Shown: piece by piece, positions 28,971 through 38,631 of the stretch
Numbering within the stretch: position 1 is the stretch's first letter
Layout: each line of letters begins with the position of its first letter
Origin: Nitrospirota bacterium
GTDB lineage: Bacteria > Nitrospirota > UBA9217
Direction: 5' to 3'
DNA: 64,000 nucleotides
Assembly (NCBI GenBank): GCA_963749655.1
Contig: CAVVOB010000021.1
Coordinates: 50,786-114,785 of the forward strand
Program-made: the position numbers and the translations under genes
The notes under the pieces: generated by a model
Told to the model about the DNA's origin: nothing
The model's database searches: none
What the model saw: the letters and a program-made list of their open reading frames with translations, nothing else

Positions 28971-30761
28971 TTAGTCTATCGACCAGAACCGGCACGCCTT
29001 GATGCAGGACTTGCATTTCGTGCACTTCTCCGGATCGATGTAGGCGACCTGGCCTTTTTCCCACTTGAGAGCGCCTGTCGGGCAGGCCTTGAAGCACTGG
29101 CCGCACTTCTTGCACTTCGACTGGTCTACTACGAACTTGACGAGCGGCGTACAGACCCGGGCAGGACATTTATGGTCCTTGATATGCGCCTCGTATTCGT
29201 CGCGGAAATACCTGATCGTAGTAAGCACCGGGTTCGGCGAGGTCTGGCCCAAACCGCAGAGCGAGGTGTCCTTGATCTGCTGGGAAAGCTGGAGCAAAAG
29301 CTCGATGTCGCCTTCGCGGCCCTCCCCGCTGGTGATGCGCTGCAGTATTGAGAGAAGGGTCTTGTTCCCTATCCTGCAGGGAACGCACTTGCCGCAGGAC
29401 TCATCCTCGGTGAATTCGAGAAAGAACTTGGCCATGGCCGGCATGCAGGTGGTTTCGTCCATCACCACCATACCGCCGGAACCCATGATCGCGCCGGTTT
29501 TGTTGATATTCTCGAAGTCCACGGGCGTGTCGATCAGGGTATGAGGGATGCAGCCGCCCGACGGTCCGCCCATCTGCACGGCCTTGAACTTTCGGTTGTT
29601 TTTGATGCCGCCGCCGATCTCGAAAATGATGGTCTTGAGCGGAGTGCCCATCGGCACTTCTACCAGGCCGATGTTGTTTAACGCGCCGGAGAGGGCGAAC
29701 ACCTTGGTGCCTTTGCTTTTCTCGGTCCCGAGGCTCGCGAACCAGTCCGCGCCGTGCAGGATGATCGGCGGAATGTTCGCGAAGGTTTCGACATTGTTCA
29801 GCACCGACGGCCGCTGCCACAGTCCCTTGACCGCCGGGAACGGCGGCTTGGCGCGGGGCATGCCCCGTTTGCCTTCGATGGAAGCCATGAGGGCTGTTTC
29901 CTCGCCGCACACGAATGCGCCGGCGCCCTGGTAGATCTCGATATCGAGGTCAAAACCGGTGCCGAGGATGTCCTTGCCCAGGAGCCCATGTTCTTTTGCT
30001 GAATCGATGGCGATCTGGAGACGATGGACCGCAAGAGGATATTCGGCCCGGACATAGATATATCCGTAATGAGCGCTGATGGCCTTTGCCGCGATGATCA
30101 TGCCTTCGAGGACGGAATGGGGGTCGGCTTCCATGACGCTCCGGTCCATGAATGCACCCGGGTCGCCTTCGTCGCCGTTGCACAATATATATTTGATCTC
30201 GCCGGGAACACGGGCGCAGAGCTCCCATTTGAGGCCGGTAAGGAATCCGGCGCCGCCCCTGCCGCGAAGCCCCGACTTCTTCATTTCGGTCACGATCTGC
30301 TCGGGGGTCATCTCGGTGAGCGCTTTAGCCGCAGCCATGTACCCGTCGCGGGCGATATACTCCTCGATCTTTTCGGCGTCGATGAGACTTCTGTTCCGGA
30401 GGGCGCGGAGCACCTGGTGCTTGAAGAACGGGATCTCGTTCATCACCGGGATCGTTTTCTTTTCCGCCGGCGGCGTGTACAGGAATTTCTGAACCGGCCG
30501 TCCCTTGATGAAGTGCTCTTCCACCAGATGCGGAACATCTTCGGGCTTTACGAGCTGATAGAAAATGTCCTCGGGATAGACCACCATGACCGGGCCTTTG
30601 GCGCAGAAGCCGTTGCACCCCGTCAGGACTATCTTGACCTCGTTCTGCAGGTTTCGCTTGATGAGTTCGGTCTCAAGCGCGTCCTTCACCTTGAGCGAGC
30701 CGTTTGCAACGCAACCCGTTCCGGCGCAGATCATTATGTTTGAGCGGTATGTCGTCTCCAC
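28971..30761 (-). CDS. nuoF: NuoF-like flavin subunit, long HydB/HndC type
   Basis: N-terminal CAGTGC..GCNGFC [2Fe-2S] domain, SGLRGRGGAGF, DEGDPGAFMDRS, FVCGEETAL, GGPSGGC, ESCGKCVPCR, and two C-terminal CxxCxxCxxxC motifs. Confidence 0.92.
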   Translation of the reverse strand: METTYRSNIMICAGTGCVANGSLKVKDALETELIKRNLQNEVKIVLTGCNGFCAKGPVMVVYPEDIFYQLVKPEDVPHLVEEHFIKGRPVQKFLYTPPAEKKTIPVMNEIPFFKHQVLRALRNRSLIDAEKIEEYIARDGYMAAAKALTEMTPEQIVTEMKKSGLRGRGGAGFLTGLKWELCARVPGEIKYILCNGDEGDPGAFMDRSVMEADPHSVLEGMIIAAKAISAHYGYIYVRAEYPLAVHRLQIAIDSAKEHGLLGKDILGTGFDLDIEIYQGAGAFVCGEETALMASIEGKRGMPRAKPPFPAVKGLWQRPSVLNNVETFANIPPIILHGADWFASLGTEKSKGTKVFALSGALNNIGLVEVPMGTPLKTIIFEIGGGIKNNRKFKAVQMGGPSGGCIPHTLIDTPVDFENINKTGAIMGSGGMVVMDETTCMPAMAKFFLEFTEDESCGKCVPCRIGNKTLLSILQRITSGEGREGDIELLLQLSQQIKDTSLCGLGQTSPNPVLTTIRYFRDEYEAHIKDHKCPARVCTPLVKFVVDQSKCKKCGQCFKACPTGALKWEKGQVAYIDPEKCTKCKSCIKACRFWSID

Positions 30762-30826
30762 GTTACCTTACCCCGTTTTACCGTTTAAACTGTTTGATCG
30801 GATCAAACGGCTTAAACCGAATTTAC

Positions 30827-31204
30827 TCAGTACGTCGTTTCATGCCCAACGACCAGAGCGTACTCCTTGACCGGCTTTCCGCCTACCACATGTTCGGCAA
30901 ATATCTTGCGCGTTTTTTCTTCGGTCAGTGCAATGTACTTCACCGGGGGCTCGCCGACCAGCTCGATGGTCGCCATCGGCTCCTGGCTGCAGAGGCCGGC
31001 GCAGCCCGACGTCGTTATCGCAACGTCTTTGAGGCCGGCCTTGCCGAGCTCTTCCATGACGGTGTTCATGATGGCACGGGCGCCTGCCGCGATTCCGCAG
31101 GTCCCCATGTGCACCGTTATCTTGACCCTGAACCCGCCTTCACGCAGTCCCTGGTGGTATTCTTCCTTGATCCGCTTCAAATCAGCAATCGTCAGTTTAG
31201 CCAT
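30827..31204 (-). CDS. Thioredoxin-like [2Fe-2S] ferredoxin (HndB/HydD-like)
   Basis: VHMGTCGIAAGAR, SGCAGLCSQEP, HVVGGKPV. Confidence 0.88.
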   Translation of the reverse strand: MAKLTIADLKRIKEEYHQGLREGGFRVKITVHMGTCGIAAGARAIMNTVMEELGKAGLKDVAITTSGCAGLCSQEPMATIELVGEPPVKYIALTEEKTRKIFAEHVVGGKPVKEYALVVGHETTY

Positions 31205-31219
31205 GTTTGTCCATCCTTA

Positions 31220-31258
31220 TTAATCCGCATTCCGAATTCAGCATTCCGAATTCAGAAA
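31220..31258. repeat. Heptamer-periodic repeat
   Basis: aatccgcattccgaattcagcattccgaattcagaaa. Confidence 0.7.
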
Positions 31259-31768
31259 CTACTCGTACTTCTTGACGATGTCCATCACCTTCGTCGCGGC
31301 TACGTCGCCGTACGTATCCTGACCGATCACCACGACGGGAGCGAGTCCGCAGGCACCGAGACACCGCACGGCCTCGAGCGAATATTTCTTGTCCCGGGTG
31401 ATCTCGCCGACCTCGATGTCCAGCTCATCTTTCAGCTTGTCGAGGATCTCCTCGCTTCGTTTCACGTAGCATGCCGTTCCCAGGCATACCCGGATGACGT
31501 GTTTGCCACGCGGAACGAGGGTGAAAAATGAATAGAACGTTGCCACGCCGAAGACCACGCTGGGAGACATCTTCATCCCCTTGGCGATGTAGCGCTGCAC
31601 GGCGTGCGGAAGATAACCGCATACATCCTGTGCCTGTTGAAGCACGGGGATGAGCGAACCGGGCTTGTCCTTGTAGCGCTCGACGATTGCGTCGATCTTC
31701 CGGTACTGCTCGGGCGAGAAGCTGTCTGGAGGAGCTATGGGTTGTGCAACGGTATCGTTACTCATCAT
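31259..31768 (-). CDS. nuoE: NuoE-like [2Fe-2S] subunit (HydC/HndA type)
   Basis: LIPVLQQAQ..GYLP, VATFYSFF, VCLGTACYVK, RCLGACGLAP. Confidence 0.93.
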   Translation of the reverse strand: MMSNDTVAQPIAPPDSFSPEQYRKIDAIVERYKDKPGSLIPVLQQAQDVCGYLPHAVQRYIAKGMKMSPSVVFGVATFYSFFTLVPRGKHVIRVCLGTACYVKRSEEILDKLKDELDIEVGEITRDKKYSLEAVRCLGACGLAPVVVIGQDTYGDVAATKVMDIVKKYE

Positions 31769-31797
31769 CTACCTCTTTTTTACCGTGGTAAACGGGG

Positions 31798-32331
31798 CTA
31801 TTTGATTTTTATCTCTTCCCGCAGCAGCCCCCGAATGGCATTGAGCGCTTCTGCGGCATTGATCGGCACATCATCCAGTTCCGCCTTGATGTCACGGGTG
31901 TCGAACCGGAAGGTGCAGTCATGATCCTGTTCGACATAGAGGACATCGATTCCCGGATGCCCCGCAATCAAGGCGATCAATGTATCGGCAATATTCCCGA
32001 TTGCCGGGCGGTCGACATTGCTCCAGCCGAAGGTAACCGCCACCTGCGTCCCTGCGCCCGGCTGAGAATCTATGGCCAAGGTACCGCCGGCCATTTCTGC
32101 TGCCTGGGCCAGGAACGGGATGCCGAGGCCCGTCTTCTTGCCCTTGGTGGTGAAGAAAGGATCCCGGACCCGGGCAAGCGTCCCCGCATCCATCCCTCTT
32201 CCATTGTCCACCACCTCGATGCGGAGCAGGTCCTTTCCGATGTCCCTGCTGACATTGATCGTTATCAGCGTTGCATCGGCCCGGATCGAATTTTCGGCGA
32301 TATCCAGGATGTGCAAAGAGAGGTCCTGCAC
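31798..32331 (-). CDS. Stand-alone histidine kinase-like ATPase (HATPase_c)
   Basis: LSLHILDIAENSIRA (N box), DNGRGM (G1), DPFFTTK (F), GLGIP (G2). Confidence 0.88.
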   Translation of the reverse strand: MQDLSLHILDIAENSIRADATLITINVSRDIGKDLLRIEVVDNGRGMDAGTLARVRDPFFTTKGKKTGLGIPFLAQAAEMAGGTLAIDSQPGAGTQVAVTFGWSNVDRPAIGNIADTLIALIAGHPGIDVLYVEQDHDCTFRFDTRDIKAELDDVPINAAEALNAIRGLLREEIKIK

Positions 32332-32335
32332 CGCT

Positions 32336-33082
32336 TCAGCACTCGAACTTTCTGCCGTCCCTGCCCGTTAATGCCTTCTTGATTTCGTCTACCGTACCGT
32401 CTGCAACCGTGAACCACGTAAAACGTTTGCCCACATCGTCGGGGCTGTGAGCATCGGAAGAGGTAATGATCGGGTACTTCCCGCAATCCGGGAACCGCTC
32501 CACGAGCTTGTCCGGGACGGATTGAGCCGAAACCTCGACAGCATCCAGTCCCAGAGAAGGAGGTATGAACCCGAGCTGCCCGATCAAGCTGAAGGACTCC
32601 CGGTCCACATGAGCTGCAATCACGAGGCTTCCGCCCCTCGCCGCCCTCGCTGCCGCTACGATTTTCTCTGCCGGCAGCGCCGTGGCCGCGATCAGCAGCC
32701 GGTCACAAAACCCGCTTACTCCATCCTCATCGTCCGCGATCACCTGCAAGCCGAAACTGTGTTCGTCATTGGACCCGCTCAGATTTCCATAAATAAGCTT
32801 CTGAAAGTCCAGCAGATCCTCGTCATCTTCAAAGAACGTCAGGATGTGAGCCTCTTCCGAGGAGGTGACCTCCATCCCGCCCAGCACCATCAGTCCGTTC
32901 CGTTTGCCGGCCTTTTTCACGGCCAGGACGTTTTCCGCCGAGTTGTGGTCGCAGACGCCGATGAGGTCGATGCCCTTCTGGAGGGCTGCATTCACTACTT
33001 CACGCGGCGACATATCCAGATCAGAGCAGGGAGACAGACACGTATGGACGTGCAGATCGGCCTTAATGCGCCTAAGCGCCAC
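32336..33082 (-). CDS. PHP domain metal-dependent phosphoesterase
   Basis: DLHVHTCLSPC, CDHNS, GMEVTSSEEAH, AHVDR, SSDAH. GTG start overlaps the upstream gene. Confidence 0.88.
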   Translation of the reverse strand: MALRRIKADLHVHTCLSPCSDLDMSPREVVNAALQKGIDLIGVCDHNSAENVLAVKKAGKRNGLMVLGGMEVTSSEEAHILTFFEDDEDLLDFQKLIYGNLSGSNDEHSFGLQVIADDEDGVSGFCDRLLIAATALPAEKIVAAARAARGGSLVIAAHVDRESFSLIGQLGFIPPSLGLDAVEVSAQSVPDKLVERFPDCGKYPIITSSDAHSPDDVGKRFTWFTVADGTVDEIKKALTGRDGRKFEC

Positions 33083-33413
33083 GGATTCCCGCCTTGTACA
33101 GTCTGCCCACAAGCTCGAACGCCGACAGGTCGGTGACCATGATGGGAATCTGCTCTGCCTCGGCTTTTGCCACTGTGTCCTGTTCCGGAGACCTGCCCTG
33201 AACCAGCACGATTCCCGCCAGACCTTTGTGCGACGCCACTGCAACGATATTCTGATGGATGTGAAGAGTGACCCACAAGACGCCGTCATCGGCATGAGCC
33301 AGAACGTCCGAGAGAAGGTCGCTCACATACCCCCCGGATACTTCGGTATCGAGGTTTCCGGCACCTGCCTTCACGTCCAGACCGAACTCTTTTACGAGAT
33401 CACTCAGCTTCAT
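33072..33413 (-). CDS. DRTGG domain protein
   Basis: GGYVSDLLSDVL, LWVTLHIHQNIVAVA, FELVGRLY. Confidence 0.85.
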   Translation of the reverse strand: MKLSDLVKEFGLDVKAGAGNLDTEVSGGYVSDLLSDVLAHADDGVLWVTLHIHQNIVAVASHKGLAGIVLVQGRSPEQDTVAKAEAEQIPIMVTDLSAFELVGRLYKAGIRGA

Positions 33414-33502
33414 GGATGGTGGCGCCCTTCTTGCGGAGACCGACGGTTCTCTGGCTGACCGGTCGTCCCGCTGTCCCGCCGGCATCGTGCCGTATCAGGG
33501 AA

Positions 33503-34456
33503 TCAGCTCGTATAGTAAAATTGCATGGTCAAATGCGTTCCGTCCGGGACCGAGGATTTCAGCTCCATTTCATCGGCGCATTTTTTCATGTTCACCAGCC
33601 CCATGCCCGCGCCGAATCCCAGTTCCCTGACCCACTCCGGTGCCGTCGAGTAGCCCGGTTGCATCGCTTTTTCAACATCCGGGATCCCGGGTCCGCTGTC
33701 CACGGCCTCTACGATGATCCCCCACTTCTCTACCTGCGCCCTGATCTGGCCGCCCTTGGTGTATGAGGCAAGATTGATCTCGGCTTCATACGTTGCAACG
33801 CCGATCCGGCGGAGGAGCGGCGGACAGACACCCAGCTTCTTGAGCGCGTTCTTCAGTTCACTCGCCGCCTTTCCCGCCTCTTTCAAGGTCTGGCCGGCGA
33901 CGTTGTATCTGAACGCAAAACTTATTTCATCGGCGGAGACGTCCTCGAAAAACTTCCTCATCGTCGGACGGTGACGGGTCAACGCCGCCTTTGTTTCAGA
34001 CTGTTCGTACTCTACTTCAAGCTTTCGCAGCAGGCCTTCGACAATGCTTCCCTTGGTAATGATCCCTACCAGCCGATCCTGCCGGTCCAGAACCGGGTAT
34101 CGCCGGTACCCCAGCTTGGAAAACTTGGCAATGCAGTGAACAAGCAGCTCATCGGTATACAGACATTCGACCTTGGGCTTCATCCGCTCCCGCACGGGAG
34201 TATTGATAGCATTATCATACAGGGCATTGATCAGGTCTTCGATGCTGACCATGCCTACCAGTTTGCCGTTCTCGACAACCGGCGTTCCGGAAATCCGATT
34301 GTCCCGCAGGAGGATCCGGAACTCCGCCATGGTCTGCTCAGGCCCGACGGTGACCATCTTGGGGGCCATGACTTCGCCGACGGTGATCTCATAGACCATC
34401 TCCTGCGTCTTGGTCACCCGGTCGAGTGTTCCTTGATCTTTGCCCTGCTGTTCCAT
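33503..34456 (-). CDS. CBS-pair / RsbT-like anti-sigma Ser/Thr kinase fusion
   Basis: Two CBS repeats (ISGTPVVENGKLVGMVS; YPVLDRQDRLVGIIT) followed by a HATPase domain (YEAEINL, DSGPGI, GYSTAPEWVRELGFGAGMGL). Confidence 0.87.
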   Translation of the reverse strand: MEQQGKDQGTLDRVTKTQEMVYEITVGEVMAPKMVTVGPEQTMAEFRILLRDNRISGTPVVENGKLVGMVSIEDLINALYDNAINTPVRERMKPKVECLYTDELLVHCIAKFSKLGYRRYPVLDRQDRLVGIITKGSIVEGLLRKLEVEYEQSETKAALTRHRPTMRKFFEDVSADEISFAFRYNVAGQTLKEAGKAASELKNALKKLGVCPPLLRRIGVATYEAEINLASYTKGGQIRAQVEKWGIIVEAVDSGPGIPDVEKAMQPGYSTAPEWVRELGFGAGMGLVNMKKCADEMELKSSVPDGTHLTMQFYYTS

Positions 34457-34460
34457 CAGA

Positions 34461-34817
34461 CTATTGCCGCTCTTCCACTCCCCGCAGGCCGCTCATATAC
34501 AGGATGCCGCATGCTTCGAACATGGTCAGCTTGGTAATGAAAAGCGGGATATCTTTCTGTTTTGCGAGGGCCACGGTTTCAGATTCCGGCAGCTTCCCCC
34601 GCACGACGCAGACCGCTTTGATATCTGCGATATCAGCAGTCCGTACCGCCTGGGGATTGGTGATCCCCGTAATCAGGATGCCGTTCGCATGGTTCCTGCC
34701 GAGCACGTCGCTCATAAGGTCGGCACTGAAGCACCGGTCCACCTCAATCTCGTCCAGGAGACCCTCGCCGACGAGAACCTGCGCCTGAAGAAGGTTGATG
34801 ATTTCTCTCAATATCAT
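34461..34817 (-). CDS. DRTGG domain protein
   Basis: SADLMSDVL, LITGITNPQAVRTA, VRGKLP, MFEACGILY. Confidence 0.85.
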   Translation of the reverse strand: MILREIINLLQAQVLVGEGLLDEIEVDRCFSADLMSDVLGRNHANGILITGITNPQAVRTADIADIKAVCVVRGKLPESETVALAKQKDIPLFITKLTMFEACGILYMSGLRGVEERQ

Positions 34818-34832
34818 CCACGTCCCTCTCCG

Positions 34833-36029
34833 TTAGCGGTCGCACTCGCCAAGCACGATGTCGATGGTACCGATGCACGCAATGACGTCGGCAACCATAT
34901 GGCCGGTCACCATCTTCGGAAGCGCGCTGACATGCACATACGAGGGTGCGCGAATCTTGATGCGGTAAGGTCTTCCACTCCCGTCGCTGACGATATAGAA
35001 GCCAAGCTCGCCCTTCGGCGCTTCCGTAGCCACATACACCTCGCCCTTGGGCATGGGAACCCACTTGCTCATGAGCACGAACTGGTGTGCAAGCGACTGC
35101 ATGCTCTGCATGACCTGCGTTTTCTCGGGTATGGCGTAACGCGGATCGCTGGTCGTGACGGGACCGGGCTGAATCATGTCGAGACACTGCCGGATTATCC
35201 GGTTGCTCTGGCGCATCTCATTGATGCGCACGATGTACCGGTCGTACACGTCGCCGTTCTTGCCGAGCGGCACCTCGAAATCCATCTTGTCGTAGGCGGC
35301 GTAGGGCTCGACCTTGCGAAGGTCGTAGTTAACGCCCGAACCGCGCAGCGTACCGCCGGTCAGGCCGTAATTGACTGCATCCTCGGCCGTCATCACGCCG
35401 ATCCCCACGGTCCGCTTAAGCCAGATGCGGTTCTGGCGAATGAGGGTATCGTAGTCTTCGAGGCGCTTGGGGAACAATTCGGTGAACTCACGGCACTTGT
35501 CGATGAAGTCCCGGGGGATATCGTTTCTTACGCCGCCGATCCGGACGTAGCTCACTGTCTGCCGCGCGCCGGTCACCATCTCCGTGAGATCGAGTATGAG
35601 CTCCCGCTCCCGCAAGGTATACATGCAGACCGTCATGGCGCCGATATCGAGGGCATGGGTGCCGAGCCACACGAGATGCCCGGAAAGCCGCGTCAGTTCC
35701 GCCATCAGCGTCCTGATGAATTGAGCCCGCTCAGGAACCTCGATGGCGGCGAGTTTTTCGACCGCCACAACGTAGCCGAGGTTGTTGTTCATGCAGGTAA
35801 TGTATTCCAGGCGGTCGGTCATGGGGATGATCTGGTGGTAGGTCCTGCTCTCCATCCATTTCTCGATGCCGCGATGGAGGTATCCCGGACGCGGATCGCA
35901 GCCGACCACGGTCTCGCCCTGCAGATCAACCACCAGGCGCAGCACGCCGTGCGTGGCCGGATGCTGAGGCCCCATGTTCAGGGTTATTTCTTTTTGCACG
36001 ATCTCTTTTTGCGTATCGGTAGGAGACAT
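34833..36029 (-). CDS. nuoD: NADH-quinone oxidoreductase subunit D
   Basis: LNMGPQHPATHGVLR, GYLHRGIEK, DRLEY, EAPKGELG, DIVLGECDR. No [NiFe] CxxC pairs. Confidence 0.97.
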   Translation of the reverse strand: MSPTDTQKEIVQKEITLNMGPQHPATHGVLRLVVDLQGETVVGCDPRPGYLHRGIEKWMESRTYHQIIPMTDRLEYITCMNNNLGYVVAVEKLAAIEVPERAQFIRTLMAELTRLSGHLVWLGTHALDIGAMTVCMYTLRERELILDLTEMVTGARQTVSYVRIGGVRNDIPRDFIDKCREFTELFPKRLEDYDTLIRQNRIWLKRTVGIGVMTAEDAVNYGLTGGTLRGSGVNYDLRKVEPYAAYDKMDFEVPLGKNGDVYDRYIVRINEMRQSNRIIRQCLDMIQPGPVTTSDPRYAIPEKTQVMQSMQSLAHQFVLMSKWVPMPKGEVYVATEAPKGELGFYIVSDGSGRPYRIKIRAPSYVHVSALPKMVTGHMVADVIACIGTIDIVLGECDR

Positions 36030-36083
36030 AGATTCACCATTGGGTCAGGGTCCGGGTCCAGCGTCCGGGCCTCAAGTTATTTA

Positions 36084-36554
36084 TCAATAGCCTTTCAGCG
36101 GATATTCCTTCCTGAGCGGGTGTCCTTCCCAATCCTCGGGCAGCAGGATCCTGCGGAGGTCCGGATGGCCGTCGAACAGGACCCCCATGAGATCATAGGT
36201 CTCCCGCTCATGCCAGTCGGCCGTGTGCCATACCGAAGAGACCGTTGCGATCCGCGGATCATCTTCCGGCACCCGTACCTTCAGCCGGATCCGGTGATGA
36301 TGAACCGTTGATATCATATTGTACACGACCTCGAAGCGGGGACCCGAGTCTCCGGGGTACTTCGAATAGTCAACAGCCGTAAGATCGGCCAGATGGTCCA
36401 TCTTCAGGGAAGGTTCGTCTCTCAGGAACAGGCATATCTCCCTGATCATGTCCCTTTTGACCGACACGGCGACCTGCCCCGCGTAGTTCGCCGTACCCAG
36501 CACGTGGCCGGCAAATTTTTCTTCTATAATTTTTGCGATTTGTAGGGGGTCCAT
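36084..36554 (-). CDS. nuoC: NADH-quinone oxidoreductase subunit C
   Basis: RFEVVY, ADWHERETYDLMGVLFDGHPDLRRILLPEDWEGHPLRKEYP. Confidence 0.97.
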   Translation of the reverse strand: MDPLQIAKIIEEKFAGHVLGTANYAGQVAVSVKRDMIREICLFLRDEPSLKMDHLADLTAVDYSKYPGDSGPRFEVVYNMISTVHHHRIRLKVRVPEDDPRIATVSSVWHTADWHERETYDLMGVLFDGHPDLRRILLPEDWEGHPLRKEYPLKGY

Positions 36555-36643
36555 GCTACCTCGTCCTTGCCCGCGCAGCCTGAACACTCTGAGTGCGCGA
36601 TTCTCGCTTCGAACATCGGTACATTAATGTTTGAGGTGGTTTG

Positions 36644-37123
36644 CTACTTCCGGATGTAGTGCTCTTTCTTGATCTTTTCCTGAAGCTGCATGATGCCGTT
36701 CATCAGGGCCTCGGGCCGCGGCGGACAGCCCGGGATGTAGACGTCAACGGGAACGATATTGTCCACACCCTGCACTACGCTGTAAGTGTTGAAGATCCCG
36801 CCGGATCCGGCGCAGCTGCCCATGGCGATAACGTACCGCGGCTCGGGCATCTGGTCATACACGCGCCTTACGATAGGCGCCATCTTTTTCGTCAGCGTGC
36901 CAGCGACGAGCAATAGGTCGGATTGTCTGGGCGAGGGACGCGGCACGGTGCCGAAACGGTCAAAGTCATGTTGCGGAGCGGAATAATACTGGATCATCTC
37001 GATAGCGCAGCAGGCGAGCCCGAACGTCATGGGCCAGATGGAATAGGACCGCGCGAGGTTCAAGAGTTCGTCGAGTTTCGTGGTGACGTATCCTTCCTCG
37101 AATACGTTCTGAATTACTCCCAT
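36644..37123 (-). CDS. nuoB: NADH-quinone oxidoreductase subunit B
   Basis: [35 protein letters not shown]. Confidence 0.97.
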   Translation of the reverse strand: MGVIQNVFEEGYVTTKLDELLNLARSYSIWPMTFGLACCAIEMIQYYSAPQHDFDRFGTVPRPSPRQSDLLLVAGTLTKKMAPIVRRVYDQMPEPRYVIAMGSCAGSGGIFNTYSVVQGVDNIVPVDVYIPGCPPRPEALMNGIMQLQEKIKKEHYIRK

Positions 37124-37488
37124 TCAAGTGCCCCTTTCTTCCATGCGTAGACATACCCCACAACCAGAATGGCGATGAAGACGACCATCTCTACGAAGCC
37201 ATAGAGGCCGATATGGTTGTACGCAACAGCCCAGGGGTAGAGAAACACGGCTTCAATATCGAAGATGAGGAACAGCATTGCGATGATGTAATAGCGGATG
37301 GAAAACTTCTGATGGGCGTCCGTGAAGGGGGTTATGCCGGACTCGTAGGTGATAAGCTTTTCGGGATAGGGGTTCCGCGGCCGGAGAATCCGGCTGGCAA
37401 CCAGCATCCCAACGCCTACCGCGATGCCTACCAGGAGAAATACCACAACTGGCAGGAAGTGTTCCGGAAGATAGGTACTTGGTGTCAT
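37114..37488 (-). CDS. nuoA: NADH-quinone oxidoreductase subunit A
   Basis: [35 protein letters not shown]. Confidence 0.97.
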   Translation of the reverse strand: MTPSTYLPEHFLPVVVFLLVGIAVGVGMLVASRILRPRNPYPEKLITYESGITPFTDAHQKFSIRYYIIAMLFLIFDIEAVFLYPWAVAYNHIGLYGFVEMVVFIAILVVGYVYAWKKGALEWE

Positions 37489-37544
37489 ACACTACTCCCT
37501 GTTAATATTAAATTTTAAATTAGCATAACTTCTAAAACGCGTGC

Positions 37545-37573
37545 ATAATAAGACAACTCAAAACGTTTGTCAA
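37545..37573 (-). promoter_or_regulatory. Sigma70-type promoter of the nuo operon
   Basis: TTGACA (37573-37568), 17 nt spacer, TATTAT (37550-37545). Confidence 0.75.
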
Positions 37574-37680
37574 GAAAAACATTGTAACAGGACCTATTCG
37601 GTTTTGTATGGCGGGGTTATGAAACTGCGATATCCTGCAATCTGCAGCCTCTCTTGTTTTCAGCTCCATGATGCAGTACA

Positions 37681-38344
37681 ATGGACTGCATAATTTCGGA
37701 GGACTTTGTGGACCCTTACGCCAAGGAACAGCTCCTTTCGTTCTACAACTTTCATCTTCGGAAATTCGGCGATCGTCCCGAGGCGCTGCGATGGACGCCG
37801 CAGGGACAGTTGAGACGGTATCAGATGCTGATGGATATCGCGCCGGTGTCGGAACTGAACAACAGCACCGTGCTGGATTACGGATGCGGAACCGGCGATT
37901 TTTACCGATTCCTGAAGCGACGGGGCATCAAAGTAAAATACACCGGCATCGACATCAACGAGAACTTCATCGGCCTCGCGAAACAGAAATACCCCGAGTG
38001 TACCTTCAGCGTCATGAATGCAGATGCAGATGATGATGAGCTCGAGGGTTACTTCGATTACATATTCATCTGCGGCGTCTTCAACCTGGAGGTCCCCGGC
38101 GTCGACGACGACATGAAGAATGCACTAGTCACGTCTCTTCCAGCACTGCAACAAAGGCCTTGCCCTCAACGCCCTGTCATCTCATGCCCCCTTGCGGGAC
38201 CCCGAACTTCACCTGACATCTCCGGAAGACATGCTCAAGTTCGCGATCGAAAACCTGTCGCCTTCCGTTGCGCTCCGCCACGATCGGATTCCGAACGACT
38301 TTACGCTGTACATCTATACCTCGCACAACGAGATCGACTTGTAG
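37681..38344 (+). CDS. Class I SAM-dependent methyltransferase (apparent frameshift near 38134)
   Basis: VLDYGCGTGD, YTGIDIN, FDYIFICGVFN. The shifted frame continues LFQHCNKGLALNALSS...LRHDRIPNDFTLYIY to TAG at 38344. Confidence 0.85.
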
Positions 38345-38631
38345 CCGTCATCGCCCGGTACTATCCTGTATTGCCTTTATTGCCTTCTTTAACGGGATTA
38401 GGGTCATCTAACCTCTTTCCTCTGCATCTCCCCTCGCCCGCATCTTTTGCATTCGAACGAAGGCATGATGACCGTGCCGCGCGCCTCAACGCCTGATACT
38501 TTATGACGAAGCCGTGCAAACCAACACCAAAACACTCCCGTATTAACCGGTCTGTGGTATAGTTCTAATATCAGCCCTGAAAGTCGTCCCGCCTCCGGTT
38601 CGATCGTGTGGCTGAACGCGGAGAAAATATT

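Noticed and set aside
34833-37123. NuoB/NuoD as a group 4 [NiFe]-hydrogenase
   Set aside because: NuoD lacks both CxxC nickel-binding motifs, and NuoB has the tandem CC of complex I.
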